Below, piece by piece: positions 29,113-43,864 of a stretch of DNA of 64,000 nt. The DNA lies in NCBI GenBank assembly GCA_951406725.2, contig OX597825.1, positions 59,644,001 through 59,708,000 on the forward strand, written 5' to 3'. Position 1 is the stretch's first letter, and every line of letters starts with the position of its first letter. This DNA is from Octopus vulgaris. Taxonomy: Eukaryota. Below the pieces are notes generated by a model. The model had not been told where the DNA came from, searched no databases, and saw only the letters and a list, made by a program, of their open reading frames with translations. Both the position numbers and the translations under genes were made by a program.

Positions 29113-29324
29113 TAAAAAACACACACACGGACACACAGACACATATAAACACACAAAAGCGTCCACACATACATATATATATATTTGCCAGATATATCTG
29201 CTAGGTTTTACATACACGCAAGCAAACTTATACACACACAAATATATATACACACACAAAATGATAAACTTAGCTATTTATACAAGTCATGTAGTTATAT
29301 ATATGCGTGTTTTTATGTACGTGC

Positions 29325-29407
<83 letters not shown>

Positions 29408-29582
29408 GTATGTATATATCATGAAATAAAGGTTTTTGCGCACGCATATACATATAAGACTATAGTACATAAACACTCTTGCGTACAGACACACACACAC
29501 ACGGGCGATACACACAAACTCGCATACATATAGATCTCTATATACATATGCATATGTATATGTATATATATGTTTGTGGGTG

Positions 29583-29623
<41 letters not shown>

Positions 29624-30360
29624 ATGTAAATACTTACACATATATACTAAACATTATTGTTATTTTACAGCATAACATTAATGTATGTCTTTTAGCAATT
29701 TAAAAACTTTTCGATAGTTAAATTAGATCTAGCAACAAACAGATATTGCATGCATACATAATTATATCAATACGGTGAAGAAAATATTGTTACCTAGGAA
29801 TACAATGTGTAAGTCAGCTCGCGATATTTATTCAACCAGATGTGAGCTAGGAAAAGGCTGGCTATATGAAGTATATGAGGTAAAAATCACAAGAGTTATT
29901 ATGTTCTAAGATGATACATAGCTTTGAGACATAGGTTGGAAATGTACAGAATTTGATAAGGTAGGTGTAAGATATGTGGTAGTGGATAGTAGTGAGATAT
30001 GTGTATATGTCTTTCCTAAAGATGTCGGCAATCATGGACTTCTATGTCATTATATGCCCTCAGATAAATTGGGAAATTATTGGAGCGGTGTTTCTGAAGC
30101 CGGATGTAAGACTTATAGAGTAACTTCTTTGTATTTCCCAGCTTCTTCCTTTCGCTTTTCCGGTTACTAACAAATGCTCAATACATTTTCCTATCAAATG
30201 ATGTTGAATTACTTAGATGCGATGTATCCTTATATTTTGGAGATGCTTTCTGCTAGTCAGGTTCTATGAAATACACAGTGAACGTAGAAGAGAAGATTTG
30301 AGGTCTGTGCCAACGTTCTTGTAGTGAGATTTTATATTGTGAATATAAAAAAAAAGTAAA

Positions 30361-30620
30361 GACCCCCTTCAGTTACAAATGACCATGAGATTGCACCTAG
30401 AAACTTCCCATCCTAGGCACGAGTCCGGGCAAGGTTGTTTTTGGAAGATCAGCAGTCGCTCATGAATTAGCAGCCTCACATCTCCACGCCACCGATGTTG
30501 TCCAAAGGAAAGGGAAAGGCCGATACAGTTTGAAACCAGTAACGTCGCCACTCATTTCTAAAACTGAGTGAACTGGAGCAACGTGAGATATAGTGTCTTG
30601 CTCAAGAACACAACACAGCC
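30361..30620 (-). mobile_element. Family B SINE lacking the tRNA head
   Basis: Reverse-complement match to 20325-20586, including the CORE motif and the CTAGGTGCAATCTCATGGTC tail. Confidence 0.82.
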
Positions 30621-30960
30621 CAGTGAATATAGAGGAAAAAATATAAGGTAAATGGCGAGGTATCGTGGCTAATAATGTTATTTTTAACGGTTTGCTCTGG
30701 AGGTCGTGTCTGTGGCCAAAGAATTTGCGGGGTCTCAAAGAAACGGTGAGAATAATGACTTTATCGTTCTTCTTGAACTATTTTAAGTTGACGATTGTAG
30801 GAAAATGATTTCCAGAGAATTCGACATTCTGGGAAGGTAGGACAATGTATTTTAGTGATTAGTGCGAAAGGGGTAGTGAACACAATGGCAGCAACAATAT
30901 CTTTTATAGCTTAGGTTTTTGTGGGATTGTAGATATTGTTACTGCCATTATGTTGACTGC

Positions 30961-31450
30961 TAGCAGAGGCTGACGGTTTCATGATGGCGGCACAAAATAA
31001 AAGCTTGCTTACCAAAAACTACCAGGCTAACGTTCTTCAAAACGGTTCTGACCCTAAATGCAGATTCTGCAAGAAATTTGATGAGACAATAGACTATCTC
31101 GTCTCGGGGTGTCCTGTAATGACATCAAATGAATACAAAAGTCACCACGGGCAGTATTTATATTAGAAAATATGTAAATACTTCAAAATCAGTGCTCCTG
31201 CTAACTGGTATGAACATCATCCTGAGCCAGTCGTTGAAGATAGAAATATCACTATCCTCTGGGTTTTCCCAGTCAACACCGACAGAATGATCCAGGATAA
31301 TGGACCAGACATAGTCATTAAAGACAAGACGGGAATACTTGTAGACCAATAAATGTAAGTGTTCCTACTGATAAAAATATATCTATATAGTAATTTGACA
31401 AATTAAGTAAATTTAGGGACCTGGAAATTGAAATAGAAAAGATGTGGCAT
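30961..31450 (+). mobile_element. Old R4/Dong-clade LINE fragment: zinc knuckle plus restriction-like endonuclease
   Basis: GFMMAAQNKSLLTKNYQ..KCRFCKKFDETIDYLVSGC..WYEHHPEPVVE..GPDIVIKDK..VSVPTD..KLSKFRDLEIEIEKMW, with stops and frameshifts. Confidence 0.88.
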
Positions 31451-31474
31451 ATATACGTACATATATGCATACAT

Positions 31475-31772
31475 GTGGAGGCGCAATGGCCCAGTGGTTA
31501 GGTCAGCGGATTCGCGGTTTCGATTCCCAGTTCGGGCGTTGTGAGTGTTTATTGAGCGAAAACTTCTAAAGCTCCACGAGGCTCCGGCAGGGGGTGGTGG
31601 TTATCCCTGTGGTACTCTTTCGCCACAACTTTCTTCCCACTCATTCTTCTGTTGGCCTGCTCGCTTAGCCAGCAGGATGGTATCATTTGAAGGCTAAAAC
31701 AATGCGAAGCGCATTGTGACCAACGACGTGGCGCAACATCTGATAGCCTGGTCGGTCACGGTGATCACGGTG
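31475..31772 (+). mobile_element. Family R SINE (tail type 2) with 12-14-bp TSD
   Basis: Same head as 26822-27199. ATATGCATACAT(GT) flanks it at 31463 and 31773. Confidence 0.9.
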
Positions 31773-31809
31773 ATATGCATACATGTATACGTACATACAT
31801 GCATACATA

Positions 31810-32407
<598 letters not shown>

Positions 32408-32738
32408 ATTAAGATAGATACTTTCTTGAAAAACTTTGTGTTGTTAAATCAGAAAGAACACGTCTGATCAAGCGATTTCAGCTGCCAACTATGAAAGCGC
32501 TGTGAAAATATGCAAAACATTCAACAAGTTTAGTATATAGCATGACATATATATGTAATGACATCCACACATGCATACATATGCGCATGTCTACACACGT
32601 ACGTTAATACATGTATATATGTATGCACACACTCAGACCAGATGGAACTACTCCGTAGATATCTAAATTTCAGAGACAGTCTGGCTTCTAGTCTAGAAAC
32701 CGGCGAGAAATTTGAAAGACTGGGAAAACACACACACA

Positions 32739-32804
<66 letters not shown>

Positions 32805-33486
32805 TGCACACATACATACATAAATACATACATATACATAGTACACATACAATATATACATTCATACTTCTATGCATACATATATAACATACATACTTAT
32901 ACATACATGTATACATATATATCTATATAGCTACGTACGTAAGGACATCCGCATAATCATAAATACATCACAATAACATTCATATATATATATATATGCA
33001 TGCATACATATATAAAAATATATTCTTACACAAATATATGCATACACATATTCAAAGACATATGTAAGCGCTTCCACATGTACATAAATACATCATGCAT
33101 TCATATATACATACATAGTATATACATACATGCATGCATACATACGTACGTATGCACATGCGTACGTACGTATGTACATGCGTACGTACGTACGTTCGTA
33201 CGTAGCATGCGGCTAATTCCAATCTTCAGCCGACTGTGAAAAATAACAAGACCAAAATTTGCGAAATAAATATTTTTTTTTGTAACAACCTGAAGTGTTG
33301 AAACCGAATGTTCAATGACATAGAAAACATCCATTAGTTGTCTGCTTATTCAGTAGAAACTTCCTCTATTCATATCTCAGAAGACATGGTGGTGTATATA
33401 TATATGAATATACACTTTTATTTACACACGTCTAACATCCAAGCCCATAAAACCTACACGCCTTTATGTGTATGTATGTATGTATG

Positions 33487-33549
<63 letters not shown>

Positions 33550-33567
33550 ATATATATACATATGTAT

Positions 33568-33648
<81 letters not shown>

Positions 33649-33855
33649 TATATACATATATACATACGTTTACCTATGTTTACACATATTTCCTTACGCA
33701 CACATGCACATATCTACTGATGTATAAGTTTATACACATGCCTGCATAAGTGGAGATTTATTGAAATTTGTGTGTTGTGTGTTTATGTATGTTGTTTGTG
33801 CACGTGTTTACACACACACACACACGCATACTCGCCGCACACCCATTTATGTATA

Positions 33856-33936
<81 letters not shown>

Positions 33937-33942
33937 ATGTTA

Positions 33943-34234
33943 AGGTGCGTGGTTTATTTGTCAGGGATATCCGGCTCACGATCAGAAGGTCCTGAGCTCT
34001 ACACACAGCGCCGCCTTGTGTCTTTTGCAAGACACTATTTCACATTGCTCCAGTTCACTCAACCAGCAAAAATGAGTAGAGCTGTGATTCAACGAGTCAG
34101 CCTTATCACATTCTCTTTCACGCTGAATTATCCTGTGGACTATATTACGGTTACGCAGTCAGTTACACGTGAATTTCAGGGCAGGTTGATCGGGTCAACT
34201 GAAACATTAGTCCTCGTCACTGATGGATTATCAG
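33943..34234 (+). mobile_element. Decayed family C SINE
   Basis: CORE-like TTGTGTCTTTTGCAAGACACTATTTCAC, with a tail homologous to the reverse complement of 20-200. Confidence 0.7.
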
Positions 34235-34505
34235 TTTTATTTGTATTGCAAATATGTGTATATATGCATGTATGGCTAAATATTAAGAAGTTTGCTCTGA
34301 ACCACAAGGTCTCGGGTTCGAAACCAATACTTGTCATCTTCCATTAACATCCTTTTTGTATCACCCCGAGTCCACTCCTACCTTATGTCAGCAAATTACA
34401 TTAAAGGTAAATGTGCCTGAAGTATATTCAACCACTTATATGCTAGTACTGACCATTGAATTAATGTTTATGTTTCAAGTTTCATTTTCAGTGAAACATA
34501 GTATA

Positions 34506-34663
34506 GAGGAGTGGCTGTGTGGTAAGTAGCTTACTTATGAACCACATGGTTCCAGGTTCCGTCCCACTGCGTGGCACCTTGGGCAAGTATCTTCTACTAT
34601 AGTCTCGGCTCGACCAAAGCCTTGTAAGTGGATTTGGTAGATGGAAACTGAAAGAACCCGTCG

Positions 34664-34696
<33 letters not shown>

Positions 34697-34890
34697 CTGT
34701 GTGTGTGTATGTCTGTGTCTGTGTTTGTCCCCCCAACATCATTTGACAACCGATGCTGGTGTGTTTACGTTCCCGTAACTTAACGGTTCGGCAAAAGAGA
34801 CTCATCGAATAAGTCCTGGGGTCGATTTGCTCGACTAAAGGCGGTGCTCCAACATGGCCGCAGTCAAATGACTGAAACAAGTAAAAGAGA
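34506..34890 (+). mobile_element. tRNA-derived CORE SINE with internal (TA)/(TG) microsatellite (family M)
   Basis: GTGGCTGTGTGGTAAG head, GGCACCTTGGGCAAGT (MIR/CORE-like), central microsatellite, and tail ending CAGTCAAATGACTGAAACAAGTAAAAGA. Confidence 0.9.
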
Positions 34891-36634
34891 AAAAGAGAGA
34901 AAATATCAGGTAGACCATGTAATATGAATCCGAATCCACAACAAAGTAAGCTTGAAGTCTTGAATCATTTCCACTTAGAATATAGCAAAACCGTGGAGCT
35001 GATGAATTAAATTTAAAAACTTATTAAACCTACTAAATTTATAGGTGAATGTGTTGTATATACGTAAGTCTCTCAGTAGGCTTACTAATCTGAAACCTTC
35101 AATTTTGTCATTTATACAGCCTTACTTAATTTGGCGATTTGGTAGAATAGTTAGCATGCCGCACGAAATGATTGGCGGCATTTCCTTCGGCATGCTCTTC
35201 GTAATCGCTTGTCCTCTAAGAAATTGCAACTAATTCTCTTTCAAATCATACCTTACCATTTCGGAATAGTAATAGAAAAATAAATAGATAAATAAAACAT
35301 ATCCGACCAGGGGTTAAATCTAACGTGAAATTTACAGAATGAGCTTTTCTGAAACCAATTTAATATTTCACTAGTTAAACATAAAGCTTGTGTTAATTAT
35401 TGACAACTGTGTACAGTATCGCAGATGTACAGCTTGTGAATTTTTATTCAACCTTGGGAAGTGGTCAATCACTACTAAGGTGAAATAAATATAATCGTGT
35501 TAATTTTGGGATATGGTAAATTTTAAGAATTTTGTAGTTAAGGTAATTGGCACAAGGTTTCAAAACACAATTCAAGTGACTCAAACTCAGTTCAGTATTG
35601 AAACTAAGTCAACAGCTTCGTTTCACATGAACATATCTCGTATAGCATGATACAAAGCTATAGCTTTAACACCATCCATTATTTAGACAAATAAATATGA
35701 ACAAAAATATCAAAAACAGTCCAAACAACATCAGTATATAAGACTATTGATTGATAAACGAGACAGACCAATAATTGTTATAAAACAGTTCCTGCATATC
35801 TGTTATTTAGTGTGTGTATGTGTGTGTATGTACGTATAATTTTGTATAAGTTTATTCTACTATTCGTTGTATAACAGATCACACACACATAAATATACAT
35901 GTATTCATATGTATATATATATAAATGTGTCTGTATGTCTGTGCAAATATATACATACATGCATGTACACGTATATTTATAATGTATTATGTTTATTTAT
36001 ATAAACATACACATCAATGAATATTCTAGTGTGTGAACGTATATGGGAGTTTATATATACATAAGGAGACTCTTAGATCAAGATTATATAATTTATTATA
36101 TCTAAATTGAAATATTTATTTAAATTAACCTTTCCGTCTTAATTCTAGGACGGCAGCCAAAGTTTGACCACCGCAAGCAGGCAAACATATAGAAATAAAT
36201 TCAATATAATGTTGATATATTCATTCAGGGGTTCCTAAGGTTAAAGAGCTTTTCTGCTAACCAAAAGGTGACAAGTTCAAGCTATGCTAATAACCACTGT
36301 ACTCTGACCTTCAGAATGATTCATTATTCTTCCCTCTTTAGTTTTACCAAAGATTAAGTGCCAGTTCTGTTTCCTTGTTCTCATATTTTACATTTATTTT
36401 CTGTTGTTGAGTTAATAGAATTGAAACAGCGCCATGGAGTCTACGCTCTTCTGTTATAAGCAATATTATGGAAAAGCTTGTACTCGATTATTGCAAGCCT
36501 ACGAAAATTGCGTTAGTTTTGCAGAGCTACTGTTTTTGACAGGCTGAGCTGTACTTATTCATGGTACCTATTTAGAATATAAATGCCAAGAAATCTCTAT
36601 AAGAACGTATCTCATTTCAGAAAACTCTGTTTTA

Positions 36635-37412
36635 GTCGCATTCGTGATTGTGTAGTATGAAGCTTACTTCCCTTGTACATGCTTCCGGGTCCAGTCCCAT
36701 TACGTGGTACCTTGGACGTTTCTACTACAGCCTCGGGCCAACCAAGGCTTTGTGAGTGGATTTGGTAGATGGAAGCTGAAAGAAGAACGTCGTATCTCTC
36801 TCTCTCTCTTTTACTCTTTTACTCGTTTCAGTCATTTGACTGCGGCCATGCTGGAGCACCACCTTTAGTCGAGCAAATCGATTCCAGGACTTATTGTTTG
36901 TAAGCGTAGTACTTATTCTTTCGGTCTCTTTTGCTTAACCGCTAAGTTACGTTGACGTAAACACACCAGCATCGGTTGTCAAGCGATGTTGGGGGAACAA
37001 ACACAGACACACAAACACACTCACACATATATATATATATATACATATATACGACGGGCTTCTTTTCGGTTTCCGTCTACGAAATCCACTCACAAGGCTT
37101 TTGTCGGCCCGAGGCTATATTAGAAGACACTTGCCCACGGTGAGAGGCAGTGGGACTGAACCCACTGCATACATATATATATATATGTCTTTGTGTGTTT
37201 CTTTGTGTCTGTGTTTGTTCCCACCACCGTTTGACAATCAGTGTTAGTGTGTTTATGTTCTTGTAACTTAGCGGCTCGAAAAATATACCGATACAATAAA
37301 CAGAAAAAAGCACTGGGATCGGGCTATTCCACATAAACTTCTTCAACGTTGCGCCCAAGCATGGCGGGAGTTACACAGCTGAAACAAGTGGAAGAGATGA
37401 AAAAAGTAAAAG
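36635..37412 (+). mobile_element. Family M SINE split by a nested opposite-strand copy
   Basis: Head half at 36635-36794 and tail half at about 37170-37412. Confidence 0.8.
36807..37163 (-). mobile_element. Nested family M SINE, 5'-truncated
   Basis: Reverse-complement match to 34555-34890. Confidence 0.9.
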
Positions 37413-37658
37413 GAATATTTACTTTCACCTCAGGTCCATTCTAGCATGAGGGTTATGGAATCTATTGGTAGAGACTTAGTTAAAACATCTTTCTTAATGA
37501 ATAAAAGAAAAATGAAAGATATACGGAAAACCAAAAGTCGAATTAAACGCACCCTAATATTTGACTTGAATTTCATTGACGTTGGGTGAATAAAAGATAA
37601 AGTTTTCACTGGAAGGATATGAATTCAAAATATACAGGAATAATGCCAAGTACTAAAG

Positions 37659-37858
37659 CAGTGAGCTGGTAAAATCGTTAGCAACAGAAGGCTAAATGCT
37701 TCGCAGTATCTCGGCCGTCTTTACGTTGTGGGGTCGACTTTGCCTTTTATCCTTCGGGGCCAATAAAATAAGTACCAGTTGAGCACTGGCGTCAATATTT
37801 TTGACTCAAACCTCAGCCGAAATTGCTAGCCTTGTACCAAAATTTGAAATCAATATTA
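37659..37858 (+). mobile_element. Family K SINE (short form)
   Basis: GAGCTGGTAAAATCGTTAGC...GTCGACTTTGCCTTTTATCC...AATAAGTACCAGTT...CCTTGTACCAAAATTTGAAA. Confidence 0.8.
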
Positions 37859-38518
37859 CTAAATACTTCAAGGCGTATTTATTGATGACTTACTGGATCT
37901 GTTATCCAGCGCCCTCTAGTGAGCCGTCATACTTTAAACCTAAAAGCACAAGTATACACAAGCTTCTCCTACAGTGAGAAAGGTAGCAAACCGAAACATT
38001 TGTAAATTTTAGCATATTAGACCGTACCTGACTTTCAATCTTACATCCAGCTTGGTGGAACAGATAATGATGTAGTTGCTGTTGATGTTATTACAAATAG
38101 TGCTGCTGCTGTTTTTTCTTCTTGTTTAATGTAACGGGTTTTCAGAATCGATAGAACATCGGTCAAAAAGCCATGAAGTATTACTTTTGGCGCTTTACTT
38201 TGAATTAAAATCTTACCAAAATTAGCTTCGTCTTTCAATCCTCCGGTGGGCTATAAAGAGATTACCAAATAGCTACAAGTGTCAATGTAATCGTCTAACA
38301 ACCCCATCTTACTTAAGTATTGTCCTTGTTATTGTTATTGGTGTTTAGTTTCTGTCAGGCCTTATTGAGTAGGCCTAAGTTCAAAGGCTGTAACCAGGTA
38401 GTACTGTGTAAAGGCAATCCAATGCTCACTATCTAACGTTTTTACCTATGTACGTACATAGTACCTATGTACGTAAAAGCCCTTTGACCTTAGAAACCCC
38501 TGAATGAATATATATATG

Positions 38519-38586
<68 letters not shown>

Positions 38587-38608
38587 TATATATGTATCTA
38601 CATATATG

Positions 38609-38662
<54 letters not shown>

Positions 38663-38720
38663 CAATACATATATATATACATTCTCGCATATATATATAT
38701 GTATATGTATGTATATGCAT

Positions 38721-38866
38721 GCATAGCTCGGTGGTTAGAGCGCCGGGAAGACAACCATGAGGTAATGAGTTCAATTACCGGATTGGACGGTGTGCTGTGT
38801 TTTTGAGCAAGACACTTTATTTCACGTTGCTACAATTTATTCAGCCGTAGAAATGAATTGCGACGT
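38721..38866 (+). mobile_element. Family B SINE 5' part
   Basis: TAGCTCGGTGGTTAGAGCG..GAGTTCAATT..TTGAGCAAGACACTTTATTTCACGTTGCT. Confidence 0.8.
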
Positions 38867-39022
38867 TAGCTTACAAAAATAATGCTTGTTGTTGCTAATG
38901 AGTGGTTTTGGCTGTTATTCCTAACAATGCGTGTACCACTTTGTACACTTGTCACTTTAGTGATGTTTATAAATTTGCCTTTAGGTTTTAAATTGGAAAT
39001 AAGCCATCTACATTGTATATAT

Positions 39023-39062
<40 letters not shown>

Positions 39063-39070
<8 letters not shown>

Positions 39071-39365
39071 ACCGACCAGGCTATCAGATGTTGCTACACA
39101 TCGCTTGTCACAATGCGCTTCGCATTGTTTTAGCCTTCAAATGATGCCACCTCGCTGGCTAAGCGAGTAGGCCAGCATAAGAAAGAGTGAGAGAAAGTTG
39201 CGGCAAAAGAGTACAGCAGGGATCGCCACCACCTCCTGCCGGAGCCTCGTGGAGGTTTAGGTGTTTTCGTTCAATAAACACTCACAATGCCCGGTCTGAG
39301 AATCGAAACCGCGATCCTACGACCGCAAGTCCGTTGCTCTAACCACTGGGCCATTGCGCCTCCAC
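39063..39365 (-). mobile_element. Family R SINE (tail type 2) within microsatellite
   Basis: Reverse-complement match over the full length to 31475-31772. Confidence 0.9.
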
Positions 39366-39383
39366 ACACACACACACACACAG

Positions 39384-39508
<125 letters not shown>

Positions 39509-40300
39509 TGTATATATGTATGTACGTATGTATGTATATATCTATCTACCTCTACCTATATATAAGTTTTGTTAAGCGGATGTTGGCATTTCATTTTGTC
39601 TAATTTAACAAATATCATTGGAGAATATTTAGTTGTTTAAATTTTAATAGCACACAAAACCTCTTCTATTACGTGTTTAAATATCATTTCATTAATCGTA
39701 TTTGACAATTCAAGGATGATATCGTTTTCTTATCCAGTTACAGAGACTTTAAGCTCATTGTTTTGCCACAACACTTTACAGAGTGAACACTAAACACAAT
39801 AGTGACATTTCACCATAAACTTCCATTAACTTAGATACGACCTCTGCATTTTTCTTCAGTACAACGCCAAGATTCTTTTCTATTTCTAACTTTTATATTT
39901 AACTAATATAAGAATATATTTAATAAAATATTCTTTAGCTATTTCTCTAGCAAAATCCGCTTTATAGGGTTAATTTATTAGTTTTAACTTTGTAAAGGGC
40001 TATAGCAAGCTAGTAAACTAAAATGTTTGTAACTTAAAATGAAGACAATACCGTCCATGAGTTGCCAAATATGATTAATGAAATGATACTAAAACATACA
40101 ATAAAAGAGATGTTTGGGCTATTAATAATTTAAACCAATAAAATTTCTTTAATGGTTGTTAAGGAGTAGAAAGAGAATAGATAAAAATGAAATGTCGCCT
40201 TTTATTTAATAAACGAGTGTGTATATACATATATGAACACATTCATATTTACACATACATATGTACACAACACACGCAATTATATATATGCAAATATATG

Positions 40301-40339
<39 letters not shown>

Positions 40340-40405
40340 ATATATATCTATAAATGTATGTGCGTGTATTTGTGTGTAAATACGCGCACACACACACAAA
40401 TACAC

Positions 40406-40469
<64 letters not shown>

Positions 40470-41376
40470 TGAAGGACTACCAAATTAAGCAGGAGACATT
40501 GTTTATAAAATATTTAGTTACATTATCTTACGTGCGTTTCACTATTATTAGTTATATAATGTAAATTATATAATCGCATAACATTGTCAGTTCTTTAGAG
40601 ATTCGTAACCCTCATTTGTTATGTATGTATGTATCTATGCATCTGTGTGTGAATGTGTGTATGTGAGTATGTGAACATGAGTGTATATGTGTATGTGAAC
40701 ATGAGTGTAAGTATGTATGTGATTTTACTTCCAGGAGTCAATCAGAGTCCAAGTAAATGAGGGAGTATACAAGACCACAGTAAGCAAAATTTATCAGAAT
40801 TGAGAAAAAAGACTTTATTCTCCTTTCAGATGTGGAAGATGACTGGGAGGCAAAAGGATGCAGATGATGTCAAGAAATATAGTGAACCCGGGAATCCGGT
40901 TTGTAAACGTGATCAGGCATTTGTGTCGAGGGCGGGATGTAGTCCGCTCATCATACTGTTTCTTAAACGATGAAGCAAGAGCCTAGAGACAGAAAGGCAA
41001 CGAAGTATGTTGGTTTGATGGAGTGGCAGAATAACATTAGTGGAGGATAGGGCTATTGAGAGTGGAGCCTGAGTGAAAAAGGGCTTCACAAGGTTCGATA
41101 TTATAGGGGTGCTTTTAGTTGTCGATAGCTGGAGCGTGTGTAAGTAGCTTTGCTGGACATCTGTGATTGAGCCCTGCTGTCTAGCGTATAAATTGATAAG
41201 GTGCGCCGGATGTAGTTCTCGATGCAATATTGACCGTCCACATAGAAATGTACACTACTAAAAAACTGAAAACTTGATGATGTCTGGCGTTCTGGAGATC
41301 TGGCATATTGCTGCTTTTCATCCAGTATTGGCAGCGAAATACCTTACTGTCTATATGATATATTTGTGTGCGCGTA

Positions 41377-41430
<54 letters not shown>

Positions 41431-41583
41431 GAGTGAAGAAACGGTATGGACGATTTGTTTTGGAGTCTCGCAATACCATGTACGCCTATGAAAATTTACT
41501 TTCCCAATGAAACCCGGCTTTTTCTCAAACTCTTTCTCAAACCTGTTATAATGTGCTACATGTTTTTGGTGAGGTAATTGTAC

Positions 41584-41676
41584 GCGGCTGAAGAAGGGTT
41601 TTGATCTATCTGTTGTATCAACTATGCATTGATATAAGAATTAGTTGTTCAATAAAGCCCGAAACATATGTACCGC
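41584..41676 (+). ncRNA. Type I hammerhead ribozyme, apparently intact
   Basis: GCGG-CTGAAGA-A-GGGTTTT..AAAGCCC-GAAA-CATATG-TA-CCGC. Stem I is GCGG/CCGC, both conserved core boxes are present, stem III is the palindrome ACATATGT, and the cleavage triplet is GUA. Confidence 0.8.
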
Positions 41677-41699
41677 AAAATCCTTTGCGTCCTGTTTTT

Positions 41700-41752
<53 letters not shown>

Positions 41753-43864
41753 AGAGAGAGAGAGAGAGAGAGATCTATGTGTGCGTAGGTGTAGAGCCAT
41801 GCATCCATCTATCGACCTGTATATGTAAACTGGCACTTTGTCGGTTACGACGACGAGTGTACCAGTTGATCCAGTTCACACAACAACCTGTGGACATTGT
41901 GGTTATGAGACGAACTTCTTAGCTATTCTGGTTTGTTACCAATTTCTGTCAGACAGATTTTATAAACAAATAACGTATTTAGTCAACTCGCAGCAGCCCA
42001 ATCACCGTAGTTGTAGAAGTAAGACTAAGGACTGAACCCGGATCCATGAGGCTGCGAAGGAAACTGCTTAACGAAAGAGCTGCATTTGCGCCCAATATTG
42101 CTTCATCATGAACAAATAGGAAAAAAAAACCTAATTGGAAATCTATACTGTTTATAAAACCGAAGTATGGCCTTGTGGTAACAACCAGTAATAAGAGATT
42201 ACTGTGAGGCTACTTATCGATAGAATAAACCAATACAATTTTCTTTCCCTTCTTTGAGCTGCATATATTTATATATTCATTTAAGTATTTAAATATTTCG
42301 CTGCTACTATGCAATCATTCTAGCAATAGATTCAGAGAGAAATAACAATTATTTGCAGGAAAGTTAATAATAATATTGCAAAGGAATGCCTTCAATTCCA
42401 CATCTGTAAAATCTCCAATGTATATAGTTTCTACATCGAAGCAAGTATATTCGCATATTCGTACTTGATCTTAGTTCAATATATGAAAATATATTCATGT
42501 TTGTGATAGACTAGTCAGAATAATGTATTGCTTCTTTATTCATGGCATTCTTATTCTTATTTGGACTATTTCATTGGTATTAACTCAAGTGAAAATATAA
42601 ATAATAAAAAAAATGAATAAATTAATAAAACATATAACAACAACAATAATAACAGCAACACCGACTGAACGTTGGCATAAATGCTCTGGATATTGTATCA
42701 ATAATTGATTGGACATACGATGTCCGGGGACCTATTAACATCATTACTATGTTTAGTATGTTTAGCTGTCTAGATTTATCAATACCTTGTGTGTACATAT
42801 ATACACACATACATACATACATAATACATACATACATACATACATACATACATACATACATACATACATACATACATACATAATACATACATACATAAAA
42901 AAATACATACATACATACATACATATGCAAACATATGTATATATGTTTTTCTTGTATAGGAATTTCAAAGATTATACGCCATATTTCTTGCTAGTAAACA
43001 TCAGTCAGTTCAAATCTATTATTCGATATTTAGGTCAACCTATAACTCATTTTGGTGAAAGTAGAATTGCTGTGGGCTGTTCCATTTCTTACTAAACTAC
43101 ATTATAATGAATAACCTTCGACCAAATTCCGAAATACTGGAGAAGAATAGTGGCTGTTGCATGAAATCTACTCCGAGTATTATAGCTACTGGAAATGTAT
43201 ATCAACATTAGCATTGTCCAAATAATATTTAATATATGTATCGCGGCAAAGAAATCTGTTAATAATAGTCATAAGATGGGAAGATCAATTCAAGTATGTT
43301 ATATATTTTAGTCAATGGAAAACCAGTAGTTTGTGGATATGAATAACTTCATAAGAAGATTTACATTTGGGGGTTCTTGTTAGTAAAAAAAAAAAAAAAA
43401 AGAGAGAGAGAAGGAAAATATATATTGTATAGAACATAAGTAGAGTTTCATTATCTGTAAGTCTCATAGTCTCAGAGAATAATTCTCTAAGGAATTTTCT
43501 TATTAGGTTTTGCTAGCGTGAAATATAGAGAACGAGAGCACAAATGGCTGGTTTAATAGGACATCAACCAGTTGAGAATTTTCTCGGTCTGCATATTCAC
43601 TGAAAATGTCCATAACGAGACTAACTCTTAATAGCTAAGATCATCCAACTGGAAGTATATACAGTTGGGTAGTATAGTATAGTTAACGAAGCAACTGTAG
43701 CACTGAAGTTTGTTGTCTTGCAGTGATGTAGTCGATTCCTCTTAAAGAAGAAAAAGTGACTGATACAGACCAACATCTCATACATAAGTAACTTTAATTC
43801 ACAATTTGTGATCTGGATCACATTATATTATGTGATAAGTTTGAAAACGATAATTCGTAGATTC

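Noticed and set aside
30022-30105. Possible 84-nt symmetric exon (AAG acceptor, GTAAGA donor)
   Set aside because: The acceptor is weak, the peptide is unrecognisable, and the opposite strand may be decayed LINE sequence.
33140-33205. Self-complementary (CGTA)n stretch
   Set aside because: It is a variant of the surrounding (CATA)n microsatellite, and the palindromy is intrinsic to the unit.
40913-41227. 104-aa minus-strand ORF (also the similar region at about 30630-30950)
   Set aside because: Probably decayed LINE 3' ends, with no splice or domain support. The family could not be assigned.
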